Positions 27,069 to 37,003 of a stretch of DNA of 64,000 nucleotides are shown here, in pieces. A model generated the notes under the pieces. The model saw nothing but the letters and a program-made list of their open reading frames with translations. It had not been told where the DNA came from and made no database searches. Origin of the DNA: Bacteroidia bacterium (lineage in GTDB: Bacteria > Bacteroidota > Bacteroidia > AKYH767-A > OLB10); contig JAGOJO010000008.1 of assembly GCA_017995075.1 (NCBI GenBank), positions 1,011 to 65,010 of the forward strand, read 5' to 3'. The position numbers and the translations under genes are program-made. Within the stretch, counting starts at the first letter, position 1. The number at the start of each line of letters is the position of its first letter.

Positions 27069-29957
27069 TTATTCCACCACCACTTTCTTCACTCCGGTAC
27101 CTAATGGTGTTTCCAGTTCCAACATATAAATACCGGCTGGTAATCCGGTTAATCCAACGCGCACTACAGTATTGGTGTTTTGCGGTGCCTCTGTATATAA
27201 CAACTGCCCTTGCATATTCAATAACCGCAAACGGTTCACCTTCATCGCTCCCGGATTCATCACATTGAATGTTCCATTTGATGGGTTTGGCTGTATGCTG
27301 AATGCTGTTGATACGGGATCGTAAAGACCAACAACAAAGTTTACAACTACCGTGTCGGTTGACGTACATCCATCGGCGTTAGTAACAACTACACTATACG
27401 TTCCACCGGTTTGTATGCTGATTACCTGTGTTGTGAAACCATTAGACCAGTTATATGCGATTCCACCATTGCCTGCATCCAGTACCAGGGTTTGCCCGAT
27501 AAACAATGTAGTGTCGTTACCGAGCGAAACCACGGGCAAGCCGCTAATACTAAACGTGGATGTTACACTGTCGTTGGCGCAGGTATAGAGCGGATCAACA
27601 TAAGTCGTGAAAAACATATCGCCTGAACCGAAAATTTGTGCGTAGTTGCAATTTCCGTCCGGGTAATTGTCCGTAGATGTCAGATAGATGATACCATTGG
27701 TGACGGGGATGATGGCCGCAAAGCAGAAAGTGTACATGCTATCCTGATAAATCCAAATCGAGTCTCGATCTAACCATACATTGGTATTATAATATCCGTT
27801 TCCACCAATTCCAACTGAATCGCTGTATAACAATAAACCGCTTGTGTCAGGCCCAGCAAATACTCTGAATAACGCACGGGCGGTATCATTACTTGCCCAG
27901 CGGAAATATATCTGATTCAGATAGCCCGTCATTCCGGCTTTGAATGACTGGAAAATCGGGAAGTTGTTCCCAACCGGAAGTAAATCTGCCGATGTTGTAT
28001 CTATCGTCGTTTGATCTACCTGGTTAAAATAAGGTAAGCTATCTTTATATACATAATTTAAGGTATGCGTACCCGGACCAAGTATACTGAAGTCAATTGT
28101 ACCACCGGTAAGAGTGTCTCCATTCAGATACATTGTACCGCCGGAAGGAGAGCCGGAGACTCCTGTCGCCACTGCATCAACACAGTAAACACTATTGAGT
28201 GGAGAGATTGTTACATCATCATCTTTTATGTTTACAAGTGCCATTGTATCACTCTGACATCCGTAGCGATCAGTAACTGAATAACTGACTGCGTGTAATC
28301 CTGTACCAAATGCTGCTGGATTTATTACACTGTCAGGGTTAAAATTGATAAGCATATCACCACCGGAAGGCCTTCCGTAGAGTGTAAAGGCCGGTGCTGT
28401 TATACATACTTCAGGAACAAAATCTTCAAAACCGGGTTTATTGGGATGAATAACAGTAAATCCGATATAGGCATTGTTTCCGCAATTACTTTCATACGGG
28501 AAGATGCGTGTGACAAAGGCGAAATCTGTCAGCGAATCACCTTGTCCCATGTCATAGCGGTCTGAGAAGGATCCGTGAACAGCTGTTGGTGTGCTGAACA
28601 CAATCTCATACGTATAGGTGTTACCGTTAGTAACCGGAAGCACTGAATCGAGATCGAGGTCATACCATTTCGTAATAACATCTGCAGGGAGATTAATCGT
28701 GTCTTCCGCCAGAAGTGTTCCGCCAACAGGTCCGAGATATATTCTGAGTGTAACATCCTGCTGGGTGGGATTATCCAGATAAACCGAGATTCCACTCAGG
28801 TCAGCGGTGATTCCGGCAGTGAAACTTTGTGCGCAGGTACTCAATAACAACGATGTGTCAGGATATGTCGCATACTGATCAGTACTGCTAACGGTATCGG
28901 ATATCCCCGGAAGTGAATAGGTGATAAGATGATTTCCCGCTTCAGCCTGTGAAGGTGAAAAAGTATTTCCACTTACACCCGGACCACTGAATGTTCCGCC
29001 TGCGGGAGTGGCAGATAATGTAATGTCTGCATCGTAAAAGCAAAATCTCCTCTCGGTATTGTCAACAACCATATTCAGAGCTCCGCTGCGCAGGTAGTAA
29101 CGAATATTGTCGAGGCAAAAACGCACCTGATCGAGTTGTTGAGGAGAGAATTGATTGTAGCAGGAATACGGAGCGTACGACATTATATTTCTTGTGTCGG
29201 GCTGAAAGAGATCGCCGTTTGCGTCAGTATAAACAGTATCTGTGTAATTACACAAACTATCTACACGGCCAGGCACTGCGCTCAGAATCGGATCTGCAGG
29301 CGTGTCACAAATAAAATCACCAGTGGTTGCGCAATTACTGCCATTCACCAGTTCATCTGTACCCACTGGTCCGGCCATGTTTGCATGAGTATGTGGAAGC
29401 GAGAAGACATGTCCGAGTTCATGTGCGAATATTCCGCCTGTTTGTTGAATCGGAAAGTTTGGACTGAACAAATAACTTACCAGGTATATTTGATCCGGAC
29501 TTCCGGGAGAAGGGAATGTTGCGGCACCTGCTGCGAAAGGAATATCAAATGTTGTATAAACGTTGATATTGCCATCTCGATCATAATTGTCGGCCATCAT
29601 ATTTGTAAATCCCGGACCCCATCCGGTCATATTATCCGGAAGAAAAACATAATCAAATCCACAGATAGTGAAATGCATGTTCGCTGGTGCAAAGTACTGG
29701 TTTGCTATATCAACCATCTGTTGCAATTGCGCCGGAGTAGATGTGGGTGTTTTATCTACCACAATAATGTGCATGAACAAGGAGATCGACCGATAGGGAT
29801 ACGACGTACCTCCGCGTAAGGCATTGGCAGCGGCTCGTTGTTGTTGCCATTGCCGAAGAATGGAGGGATCGGGATCAGGTGTGAGGCAGGTTCTGTGCTG
29901 AGCATGAACGTGCAGTCCCAGCAGAAGTGCCAGGGTAATCAGGATGGATGTTTTCAT
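27069..29957 (-). CDS. T9SS-secreted metzincin-type zinc metalloprotease (M43/pappalysin-like)
   Basis: 962 aa with signal peptide MKTSILITLALLLGLHVHAQ. The zinc motif HELGHVFSLPH is encoded at 29391-29423 (verified on the reverse strand). The T9SS CTD is IQPNPSNGTF...GIYMLELE. Confidence 0.75.
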   Translation of the reverse strand: MKTSILITLALLLGLHVHAQHRTCLTPDPDPSILRQWQQQRAAANALRGGTSYPYRSISLFMHIIVVDKTPTSTPAQLQQMVDIANQYFAPANMHFTICGFDYVFLPDNMTGWGPGFTNMMADNYDRDGNINVYTTFDIPFAAGAATFPSPGSPDQIYLVSYLFSPNFPIQQTGGIFAHELGHVFSLPHTHANMAGPVGTDELVNGSNCATTGDFICDTPADPILSAVPGRVDSLCNYTDTVYTDANGDLFQPDTRNIMSYAPYSCYNQFSPQQLDQVRFCLDNIRYYLRSGALNMVVDNTERRFCFYDADITLSATPAGGTFSGPGVSGNTFSPSQAEAGNHLITYSLPGISDTVSSTDQYATYPDTSLLLSTCAQSFTAGITADLSGISVYLDNPTQQDVTLRIYLGPVGGTLLAEDTINLPADVITKWYDLDLDSVLPVTNGNTYTYEIVFSTPTAVHGSFSDRYDMGQGDSLTDFAFVTRIFPYESNCGNNAYIGFTVIHPNKPGFEDFVPEVCITAPAFTLYGRPSGGDMLINFNPDSVINPAAFGTGLHAVSYSVTDRYGCQSDTMALVNIKDDDVTISPLNSVYCVDAVATGVSGSPSGGTMYLNGDTLTGGTIDFSILGPGTHTLNYVYKDSLPYFNQVDQTTIDTTSADLLPVGNNFPIFQSFKAGMTGYLNQIYFRWASNDTARALFRVFAGPDTSGLLLYSDSVGIGGNGYYNTNVWLDRDSIWIYQDSMYTFCFAAIIPVTNGIIYLTSTDNYPDGNCNYAQIFGSGDMFFTTYVDPLYTCANDSVTSTFSISGLPVVSLGNDTTLFIGQTLVLDAGNGGIAYNWSNGFTTQVISIQTGGTYSVVVTNADGCTSTDTVVVNFVVGLYDPVSTAFSIQPNPSNGTFNVMNPGAMKVNRLRLLNMQGQLLYTEAPQNTNTVVRVGLTGLPAGIYMLELETPLGTGVKKVVVE

Positions 29958-30105
29958 TTCAACGCGTGTTTAAAGAAAAGCGAATATTGCCTTTCAGGAG
30001 TGAAAGTTAAAAATATTTCCATTTCTACAGAAGATACGGTTGAAAAAATCTTTCAGATTTGGTTGCTTTTGGAGACAGGAGCCGTCTATATCGGTACATT
30101 TGTCT

Positions 30106-30582
30106 ATGAAATCCCCTATCGCCCGGTTGCTGATCTCCCTGTTTATTCCACTTTTATGCGGAGGTGTGGCTGGCTTTTTCACGGCAGAGGCTATCCCCGA
30201 ATGGTATTCCACACTTCGGCAACCATCATTTAATCCACCGAATAATGTATTTGGTCCGGTATGGACACTATTGTATCTCCTGATGGGATATTCCTTTTTC
30301 CGGATATGGTCATTGCCGCTTACGAGCGAGAGGTCCAAAGCCATGCGGATATATTTTGTTCAGCTGTTTCTGAATTTCGGTTGGAGCTTTCTCTTTTTCT
30401 ATTTTCAGGAGATAGGATGGGCATTGCTGGAAATAGTCGTTTTATGGCTTTCGATTTTTACAATGATTTATCATTTTTACCGTTTGGATCGTTTAGCGGC
30501 CTATGTGAATATTCCATACATTCTTTGGGTTAGCTTCGCCTCGGCACTTAATGCTTCTTATTACCTGCTTAACAGTAATTGA
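30106..30582 (+). CDS. tspO: TspO/MBR tryptophan-rich sensory protein
   Basis: ATG 30106 gives MKSPIARLLISLFIPLLCGGVAGFFT. Conserved blocks are WYSTLRQPSFNPPNNVFGPVWTLLYLLMG and NIPYILWVSFASALN. Confidence 0.85.
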   Translation: MKSPIARLLISLFIPLLCGGVAGFFTAEAIPEWYSTLRQPSFNPPNNVFGPVWTLLYLLMGYSFFRIWSLPLTSERSKAMRIYFVQLFLNFGWSFLFFYFQEIGWALLEIVVLWLSIFTMIYHFYRLDRLAAYVNIPYILWVSFASALNASYYLLNSN

Positions 30583-30585
30583 TTG

Positions 30586-31728
30586 ATGATTAAAAGAATC
30601 TTCCTACTCGCATTGGCGGTTATCCTTCCGCTGTTTTCAACGGCACAGCAAAAGCACCCACGTATAAAGGCCGGATCCGAAAAAGTGGATATAAGGGATG
30701 GCGATAAATTAGAGAAAGAAGCGTGGACCATCATGCCGGAGCTGAAACCGGATATCTACTATACTTCAACAAAGGGTCAGCGCATAACATTTTATACTGA
30801 TAAGGATTCTATTTCTGTTTTGATGACCGAAACTACGGTTTTCGATTTTGTTATCTCACTGAATGATACAGCGGAAGCGTGGACAAGTATTCGTTACAAA
30901 CCAACCTACCTGGAAACATTAAAAAAAGCAGCCGAATATAATCATCAGGATTTGCGACCTATTCCGGTGTTCACCTATCAGGATAGCAGCAATGAACATC
31001 TGAGAGCGCTACGCCGTGGATTTAATCTGGATTCAATTGCAGGAAAAGGAAATGATGCTTCCAGAATTTTAAATGTATTGCATTGGCTGCATAGTCTGGT
31101 TCCTCACGATGGACAACATGGTAATCCGGAAGTGATGAATGCGATGAATATGTTATCCGTTTGTAAAGCAGAAAAGCGTGGATTGAATTGCCGGGGTTTA
31201 TCTACCGTGCTGAATGAATGTTATCTTGCTCTGGGATATAAATCACGTTTTATAACATGTCTGCCGAAGGATACTACAGATACAGAGTGTCATGTTATCA
31301 ACATGGTTTATTGCAACGATTTGAAAAAGTGGATATGGGTTGATGCTACCCATGATAGTTATGTAATGGATGAAAATGGGGTTCTTCTCGGAGTCGCAGA
31401 AGTTCGTGCACGACTTATCTCCGGACAGCCTTTGCATATTAATCCAGACGCTAACTGGAACCATACGCTATCAACAGTGAAGGAAGATTATCTCTATAAT
31501 TACATGGCAAAGAATCTGTATCGCTTCTCTTGTCCGCTGAATAGCATGTACGATACTGAATCTACTGTTAAAGACAAAGAAATTATATATGTGGAACTGC
31601 TTCCATTGGACTATCATGAGCAGAAGCCTGATATTTCAATAGAAAAGCGTCGTAACGGACAGGTTACTTTTAAAACATATCGTACCAACAATCCGGAACT
31701 ATTTTGGATGACTCCACAAGGAAATTAA
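30586..31728 (+). CDS. Secreted transglutaminase-like (Cys-His-Asp) domain protein
   Basis: ATG 30586 gives the signal peptide MIKRIFLLALAVILPLFSTAQQ. The putative triad context is LNCRGLSTVLNECYLALG ... ECHVINMVY ... WIWVDATHD. Confidence 0.5.
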   Translation: MIKRIFLLALAVILPLFSTAQQKHPRIKAGSEKVDIRDGDKLEKEAWTIMPELKPDIYYTSTKGQRITFYTDKDSISVLMTETTVFDFVISLNDTAEAWTSIRYKPTYLETLKKAAEYNHQDLRPIPVFTYQDSSNEHLRALRRGFNLDSIAGKGNDASRILNVLHWLHSLVPHDGQHGNPEVMNAMNMLSVCKAEKRGLNCRGLSTVLNECYLALGYKSRFITCLPKDTTDTECHVINMVYCNDLKKWIWVDATHDSYVMDENGVLLGVAEVRARLISGQPLHINPDANWNHTLSTVKEDYLYNYMAKNLYRFSCPLNSMYDTESTVKDKEIIYVELLPLDYHEQKPDISIEKRRNGQVTFKTYRTNNPELFWMTPQGN

Positions 31729-31813
31729 CCGATTAATTATGTAAGCAATCCGGTGAAGAAATAAGATGCCGGCAACTGCGCATTGAAAAACTATAGGTAA
31801 GCGCAACATTTTT

Positions 31814-31839
31814 CAAAACAGAGAACAAGCATTCTCTGT
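31814..31839 (-). terminator. Possible terminator hairpin for the gene ending at 31852
   Basis: An 8-bp stem, acagagaa (31818-31825) / ttctctgt (31832-31839), with a 6-nt loop. Only a short T-run follows on the minus strand. Confidence 0.4.
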
Positions 31840-31851
31840 AAATAAAAACGA

Positions 31852-32457
31852 CTATTTCGGCATGAATCGTGAATGATCTTCCTTGTCGATCGTCTCTTCC
31901 TTTGTTGGTTGAACAACAGTCGGAGCTGGTGTCGGCACTGGCGTTGCTGGCATAGTAGTAACTATGGGAGAAGATTTTTTAGGAAACAAAGCAGGAACAG
32001 AAGCCTCTGGATCATCCCATGCTTTTCTCATTCTGATCAGTTGAATTAAATAGGGGATAAGGAGAAGAACTTCAAACCGGAAATTCAAGCGGTTTACCCC
32101 CTCTACAATTTCGACAAATGGTAATACAACCATCACCATTATACAAACAATCAGCCCGAATACTGCATCAATGATTCCAAACTTTATAGCCCAGTCTTTT
32201 TCCATCCACAAACCAAAAGCAGTAATGGCTTTAAAGAACATTATACTTTTCAGAAATATTCCCATGGCAGAAAATATAGTAAAGGCTTCAAGTCCATAAA
32301 TAGAAGTTTCCGAGTCATTCCCTATAATGTTTCTCCAGATGCCATATAAACTGGTAATCCCAAAAAGCATAAAAAGAAAAATAAAGGGTTTCATCCAGAC
32401 CGGAATAAGGTCTCTTCTTCTTTTTGCGGGTAAGGATTGTAAAGCACTTAAATCCAT
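31852..32457 (-). CDS. Membrane protein with a Pro/Thr-rich C-terminal tail, function unknown
   Basis: 201 aa with about 4-5 TM segments. The tail reads TTMPATPVPTPAPTVVQPTKEE. Confidence 0.5.
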   Translation of the reverse strand: MDLSALQSLPAKRRRDLIPVWMKPFIFLFMLFGITSLYGIWRNIIGNDSETSIYGLEAFTIFSAMGIFLKSIMFFKAITAFGLWMEKDWAIKFGIIDAVFGLIVCIMVMVVLPFVEIVEGVNRLNFRFEVLLLIPYLIQLIRMRKAWDDPEASVPALFPKKSSPIVTTMPATPVPTPAPTVVQPTKEETIDKEDHSRFMPK

Positions 32458-32731
32458 TTCTTGTTTTTTTTGGTAAAGATAGTGCTATTTTCCGTTAAAC
32501 GACTTAGAGGCTAATTCAGAAAGTCTATGAAGCAAATTCGATATACGTAATAGAACAAAATTTATTAATGTATTGTTAATTATCGTACACACAAAAAACT
32601 GTGGCAAGAATCCCTATATGGTATTTGGAGATGAGTAGACTTAAATATGGTGATATTTCCAATCTTCGACAAAGAAGATTTAATCAGCATTGGTTATTGT
32701 GAATTGAAATTGCCGAATGGTATCTGTAATT

Positions 32732-35554
32732 TTATCGATTAACTAACCGGATAACTTTTCTGTATTCACCAGAGATGATTTCAGCAATGTATATGCCCGC
32801 AGGAATGGAATATCCGATATTGAAATCAGTCCCCGGAGTTATGTTATCAATTCGTTTTATTTCTCTTCCATTAAGCTCGCGAAGACTAATAGAAACTGCA
32901 TTGAAAATGGCGGAATGAAAAAGCACCTTATACACGCCACTACCCGGATTTGGATAGATTACCGGATCAAAGTAAATCAGATTTCCTTCTTCGAATTCTC
33001 GGCAACCAATTATAACCTGTAATGTGCGATTAGTACTGCTGCCACATCCATTATTGGATTTCACTTTGACTATTCCATCCTGAGCTCCATAGTTCAGCGT
33101 GATAGTATTCGTGTTTTGGCCATTAATAATTTGTGATCCGGCTGGTACTGTCCATGTATACCCGGATGCGCCTGTTACCGGATTTGTCGAATAAACTACA
33201 CCAGACTGCATTGCACAAACACTGACAGGCCCAACAATAGTATCCGGCGAAATTGGTTTGCTTCGAATTGTTTGGTTTCTAGATGCGCTTACTCCGCAAA
33301 CATTTTCAGCCGACACTTTTAGAATTCCGGTTTTAAATTGAGAATTAAAATCTACCGATATGTTTGTTGTACCTTGCCCACTGGATATTATTGCATTCAA
33401 AGGTGCTGTCCAGTTGTAGTGTGTAGCCCCTGTACTTGCAGGGATAGAATAGTTAACACCCGTAGTCCCTGCACAAACACCTTCTGTTGGACCAATTATC
33501 AAAGCGGGAAAAGCGGGTTTTGATCTTATGGATATACTTTTAAAAGCACTGTTGCCTACACAGTTGTTAGCCGATACTTTTATTGTTCCTGTTGTAAATG
33601 TTGACTGAAAATTAACGATGATGGTATTCGTTCCCTGGCCACTCATAATATTAACTGTCGCCGGAACTACCCAGTTATATGCTGTTGCATTTGCTGCTAA
33701 TGTACATGAATAAACTGCGCCAGTACTACCTGCACATTGTGCAATGTTTCCAGAGATAGATGCCGGCTTAGCAGGTAAACCGGAAAGAATAGTTATGGGT
33801 AAACAGGAGGCAATACCGGTACCACAATTATTGGAAGCAGAAACGCATACTGTTCCATTTTGACTGATGCCGGAATAATCAACATTTATTGTAGTGCTTC
33901 CTTGTCCAGAGGTGATGAGTGCACCAGCCGGAACCGTCCATGTATAGGAAGTTGCTCCAGCAACCGGATTGATAGAATAAACAGAGCTACCGACAATATT
34001 GCATACAGTTGTTGCACCAGTTGGGATATTGGGAGTATCCGGAATATCAGTTGTTGATACTGAAATCATATTCGACACTTGATTGCCACATATTGTTGAA
34101 ACCAAACAGTCATAATTACCAGCCAATCCTGTTTGATAAGAATCATTAACAGCCCCTGGAATGTCTATACCGTTTCTTCTCCATTGATATGATTGTCCTG
34201 GTTGTTGATTAGCCGTAAGGACGACAAATTCTCCCTGACAAAGGTTGGTAGATCCCCCGGCCAATATATTCGCTGTAGGTGCAGCATAAATGGTAATAAT
34301 ATTTGATTTTACGATTGTATCATATCCGGCGGCATTCCCGGCAATCAATGTAGCTGCATATGTTCCAGGCAATGAATATTGAATAATTGGATTTTGTTGA
34401 GTTGAGGTAGATGGGTTCCCTCCAGGAAAACTCCAATGCCACGACGTTGGCGTATTTTGACTCTGGTCAGTATACTGTACCGATGTGTTTTGGCATAAAG
34501 TACCTTGAGGTATACTAAAGTTTGCGATCGGCGAGGGATAAAGAAATTTTGCAGGCAGATAAGCGTCAATGTTAAAGGTACGTAACCTGGCAGGGACATT
34601 GGCTGCGGTGGTATATAATTCGTTTGTAACATAAGCCAGAGAGGAAGAGAAAAATTCTACTCCTTCCACCTGTCCGTATTGCGTTTGCGTGGACAATTCA
34701 AATTTCCGTTTGTTACCATTAAATAGAAGATGATTTTTATAATCATACACTAAGCACATTGAGACAGGTTTGTTTCCTGTTCGCAGGTAACCAATTAGTG
34801 AGATCACCCCGAATTTCTGTACGGTGGCAGAAGTTACAAGGAATCCTGTATTATATGTTTCGCGGTATTGTGCAACATGCGTCCCAGGTATATTGGGGAG
34901 CACATAATGTTTTGTCTGGTTATCAACCCAGTTTTTTGTAAAGAGATGAATGGAGTCATTAAGAAAAATCATTGCTTCACAATCAAAGTTGTTGTTATTC
35001 GGAAGCGATGGGAAGGATGTCTGATCTGAATAGGAAAACTGAATAACCGATGAGGTAACGGATGTAGCAGCAGAAGTAAGATCGTTTTTATTGATCCGGT
35101 AGATCTTTAAATTCTGCCGGTTACCATTATTATTACCAAAGTCGCCTATAAATAGATGATCTTGTGACGATGTTACATCTTCCCAGTCAACATTTGTGGC
35201 ATTCGAAATATCTACCGTCTGGAAAATCGTATTAGTTATTGTATCTATTCTGTAAATGTCATTCGGATTGCCTGAGTCGCAGAAGGTCCAGAGTTTGCCG
35301 TCAAGAAATGCAATCCCGGAAGTTTCGTTTAACAGAGGTGCGCTAAGGGTAACTTTATCTGTCAATGATAGATTAGTTGTCGGATAGTTACAAGACCCAT
35401 CATTTATTGTTGCTGCCGGATTGTAGTTAGTACCCTGCGGATCAGTACATCCACTGATTTGTGCGCTGGAGACAGTTGTGTTGAGAATGAAGACGGAAAT
35501 TAAAAATAGGTGGCGGAGAGCTATCATTATAATCGTTGTAATTTGTTGCAACAT
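32732..35554 (-). CDS. Large T9SS-secreted protein (N-terminal beta-propeller-like region, PKD domain, five PKD-like repeats)
   Basis: The track start is 35611. Met at 35554 or 35527 places the signal peptide (...IALRHLFLISVFILNTTVSSAQ) at the N-terminus. There are repeated ~85-aa units of the type P....G......C.........Y.......GAT.Y.W..P.....SGQG...I.V.F. The T9SS CTD is IYPNPGSGVY...GIYIAEI. Confidence 0.75.
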   Translation of the reverse strand: MLQQITTIIMIALRHLFLISVFILNTTVSSAQISGCTDPQGTNYNPAATINDGSCNYPTTNLSLTDKVTLSAPLLNETSGIAFLDGKLWTFCDSGNPNDIYRIDTITNTIFQTVDISNATNVDWEDVTSSQDHLFIGDFGNNNGNRQNLKIYRINKNDLTSAATSVTSSVIQFSYSDQTSFPSLPNNNNFDCEAMIFLNDSIHLFTKNWVDNQTKHYVLPNIPGTHVAQYRETYNTGFLVTSATVQKFGVISLIGYLRTGNKPVSMCLVYDYKNHLLFNGNKRKFELSTQTQYGQVEGVEFFSSSLAYVTNELYTTAANVPARLRTFNIDAYLPAKFLYPSPIANFSIPQGTLCQNTSVQYTDQSQNTPTSWHWSFPGGNPSTSTQQNPIIQYSLPGTYAATLIAGNAAGYDTIVKSNIITIYAAPTANILAGGSTNLCQGEFVVLTANQQPGQSYQWRRNGIDIPGAVNDSYQTGLAGNYDCLVSTICGNQVSNMISVSTTDIPDTPNIPTGATTVCNIVGSSVYSINPVAGATSYTWTVPAGALITSGQGSTTINVDYSGISQNGTVCVSASNNCGTGIASCLPITILSGLPAKPASISGNIAQCAGSTGAVYSCTLAANATAYNWVVPATVNIMSGQGTNTIIVNFQSTFTTGTIKVSANNCVGNSAFKSISIRSKPAFPALIIGPTEGVCAGTTGVNYSIPASTGATHYNWTAPLNAIISSGQGTTNISVDFNSQFKTGILKVSAENVCGVSASRNQTIRSKPISPDTIVGPVSVCAMQSGVVYSTNPVTGASGYTWTVPAGSQIINGQNTNTITLNYGAQDGIVKVKSNNGCGSSTNRTLQVIIGCREFEEGNLIYFDPVIYPNPGSGVYKVLFHSAIFNAVSISLRELNGREIKRIDNITPGTDFNIGYSIPAGIYIAEIISGEYRKVIRLVNR

Positions 35555-35800
35555 ATCAAAATATATTGATAAATGGAAGAATAATTTTAGTGAAACGTGG
35601 TTTTTAAACAATGAAATGTATGAGTATTCAGATTATTCAACACTCTCTTGTGCGAAAAAGACTTCATAGATTGAAATACCGGAGATGGTTTAACCCCGAG
35701 GTGTGAAAGTAATCTTGTCAGGCCTCGCTACGAAAAAACAAGGATTGATGTAAACAACTGGAAGAATAAAGGATTCTGTAATTATTCCTCAGGAGGTACT

Positions 35801-36472
35801 TTAATCAATGTTTTTTACTTCAATAAAAGTACGGGCATAAAAATCAAAAGCGAACAGACTTCCCTTTCCTTCAAACCCCCGGTATACACAACCACCGTCA
35901 AGGTTCAATGGACTTTCAAATTTCTGTGACAGTAGCAGATCGCGGGGAATAGGAGTATGTCCATGTACCAGGATTCTCCCTTGCAGATAATTTTTTTCAT
36001 CGTTGAAATTCCTCGACCACATCATTGACATTTTATCCTGAAGCGGATCTTCTGCCTCACAATTCAATCCTGCGTGTACCAATAAGAAATCATCCGTTTC
36101 ATAGTAAAACAAGGTGTTCAGAAAAAAATGCCCGTACTTCGCCGGAATCTCCTTCACAGATTCAACCCCAAAACTATTCAGCGTTTTATCTCCTCCATTT
36201 CGCAGCCACATGCGTTCCACCCCAGGACTATTTACCGATTCGATCAGTAGTTGCTCGTGGTTTCCTCTCAATGTAAACACTTGCATCCCGGCTTCGCGCA
36301 ACTCAAGAATAAAATCAATCACTCCCTTACTATCCGGTCCGCGGTCAATATAATCGCCGAGCAAATAAAGGACATCTTCCTGCTTGAGTTGAATTTCTTC
36401 AATAACCATCTTACGGAATGTTTTTGCACATCCGTGAATGTCACCAATGATGAAAGTGCGGGTTGTAGACAT
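35801..36472 (-). CDS. Metallophosphoesterase (ApaH/PrpE-like Ser/Thr phosphatase family)
   Basis: 223 aa with motifs GDIHG, GDYIDRGPDS, RGNHE and VHGH. Confidence 0.8.
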   Translation of the reverse strand: MSTTRTFIIGDIHGCAKTFRKMVIEEIQLKQEDVLYLLGDYIDRGPDSKGVIDFILELREAGMQVFTLRGNHEQLLIESVNSPGVERMWLRNGGDKTLNSFGVESVKEIPAKYGHFFLNTLFYYETDDFLLVHAGLNCEAEDPLQDKMSMMWSRNFNDEKNYLQGRILVHGHTPIPRDLLLSQKFESPLNLDGGCVYRGFEGKGSLFAFDFYARTFIEVKNID

Positions 36473-36637
36473 GTATTGATGTTTTATATTGAGGATAAAG
36501 TGAAGTCTATATTTATTGACTCTACAAAATTAATAAGATGGGAATTTGCGTCTATTAGTATTATAGCATCTTAGTATATAATAAAACGAATAAAGTTCTA
36601 ACGATACGATTTTGTTGAAATTCATCTGGTGGAACTA

Positions 36638-36676
36638 ATGAAAGAAATGGCGTCCCGGTTATGGAAATGGCTATAA
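36638..36676 (+). other. 12-codon mini-ORF (MKEMASRLWKWL) immediately upstream of an orphan terminator; candidate leader peptide
   Basis: Translated by hand as atg aaa gaa atg gcg tcc cgg tta tgg aaa tgg cta taa. It has two Trp codons (36662, 36668). The stop lies 4 nt before the terminator stem. Confidence 0.25.
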
Positions 36677-36680
36677 AAAT

Positions 36681-36711
36681 AACGGGGACCCTGGAGAAGT
36701 CCCCGTTTTTT
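36681..36711 (+). terminator. Orphan intrinsic terminator (no annotated + strand gene upstream)
   Basis: A 9-bp perfect GC-rich stem, aacggggac (36681-36689) / gtccccgtt (36699-36707), with a 9-nt loop and T6 (36706-36711). On the minus strand it is also followed by ATTTTTA, so it could act in both directions. Confidence 0.6.
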
Positions 36712-36783
36712 GTTAAAGCAGAAAAGGGTGGAAGGATCTAAATGTTTTTTATTTTAAGTTTTGGCTTTCAGTCAGCAGGGAAA

Positions 36784-36957
36784 CCCCCGCTAGTGTGACT
36801 TTTAAAGGATTCATTAAGAACGGATAGCGATCTTCGATTAGGTACCCCCAAAGAAACGGTAAAAATTGCCCCATGTTTCGGTTAGAAATAACCCCCCGCA
36901 CCCCCGTGTTTCTAGGGGGCTATAATTAGGGGGGTCAGGGGGGCTCAAACTGGGGGG
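36784..36957. repeat. Island of homopolymeric C-runs followed by G-runs
   Basis: C5 36784-88, C5 36845-49, C4 36869-72, C6 36892-97 and C5 36901-05. These are followed by G5 36915-19, G6 36929-34, G6 36938-43 and G6 36952-57. The G block has the form G5-N9-G6-N3-G6-N8-G6. Confidence 0.7.
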
Positions 36958-37003
36958 ACATTTATTTGAATCATTTACGATATTTGTACAATATCTATCA
37001 TAT

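Noticed and set aside
29136-29819. 227-aa + strand ORF inside the metalloprotease gene
   Set aside because: It is antisense to a 962-aa ORF with a signal peptide, the HELGHVFSLPH zinc site and a T9SS CTD. Its product is Cys/Arg-rich nonsense-like sequence.
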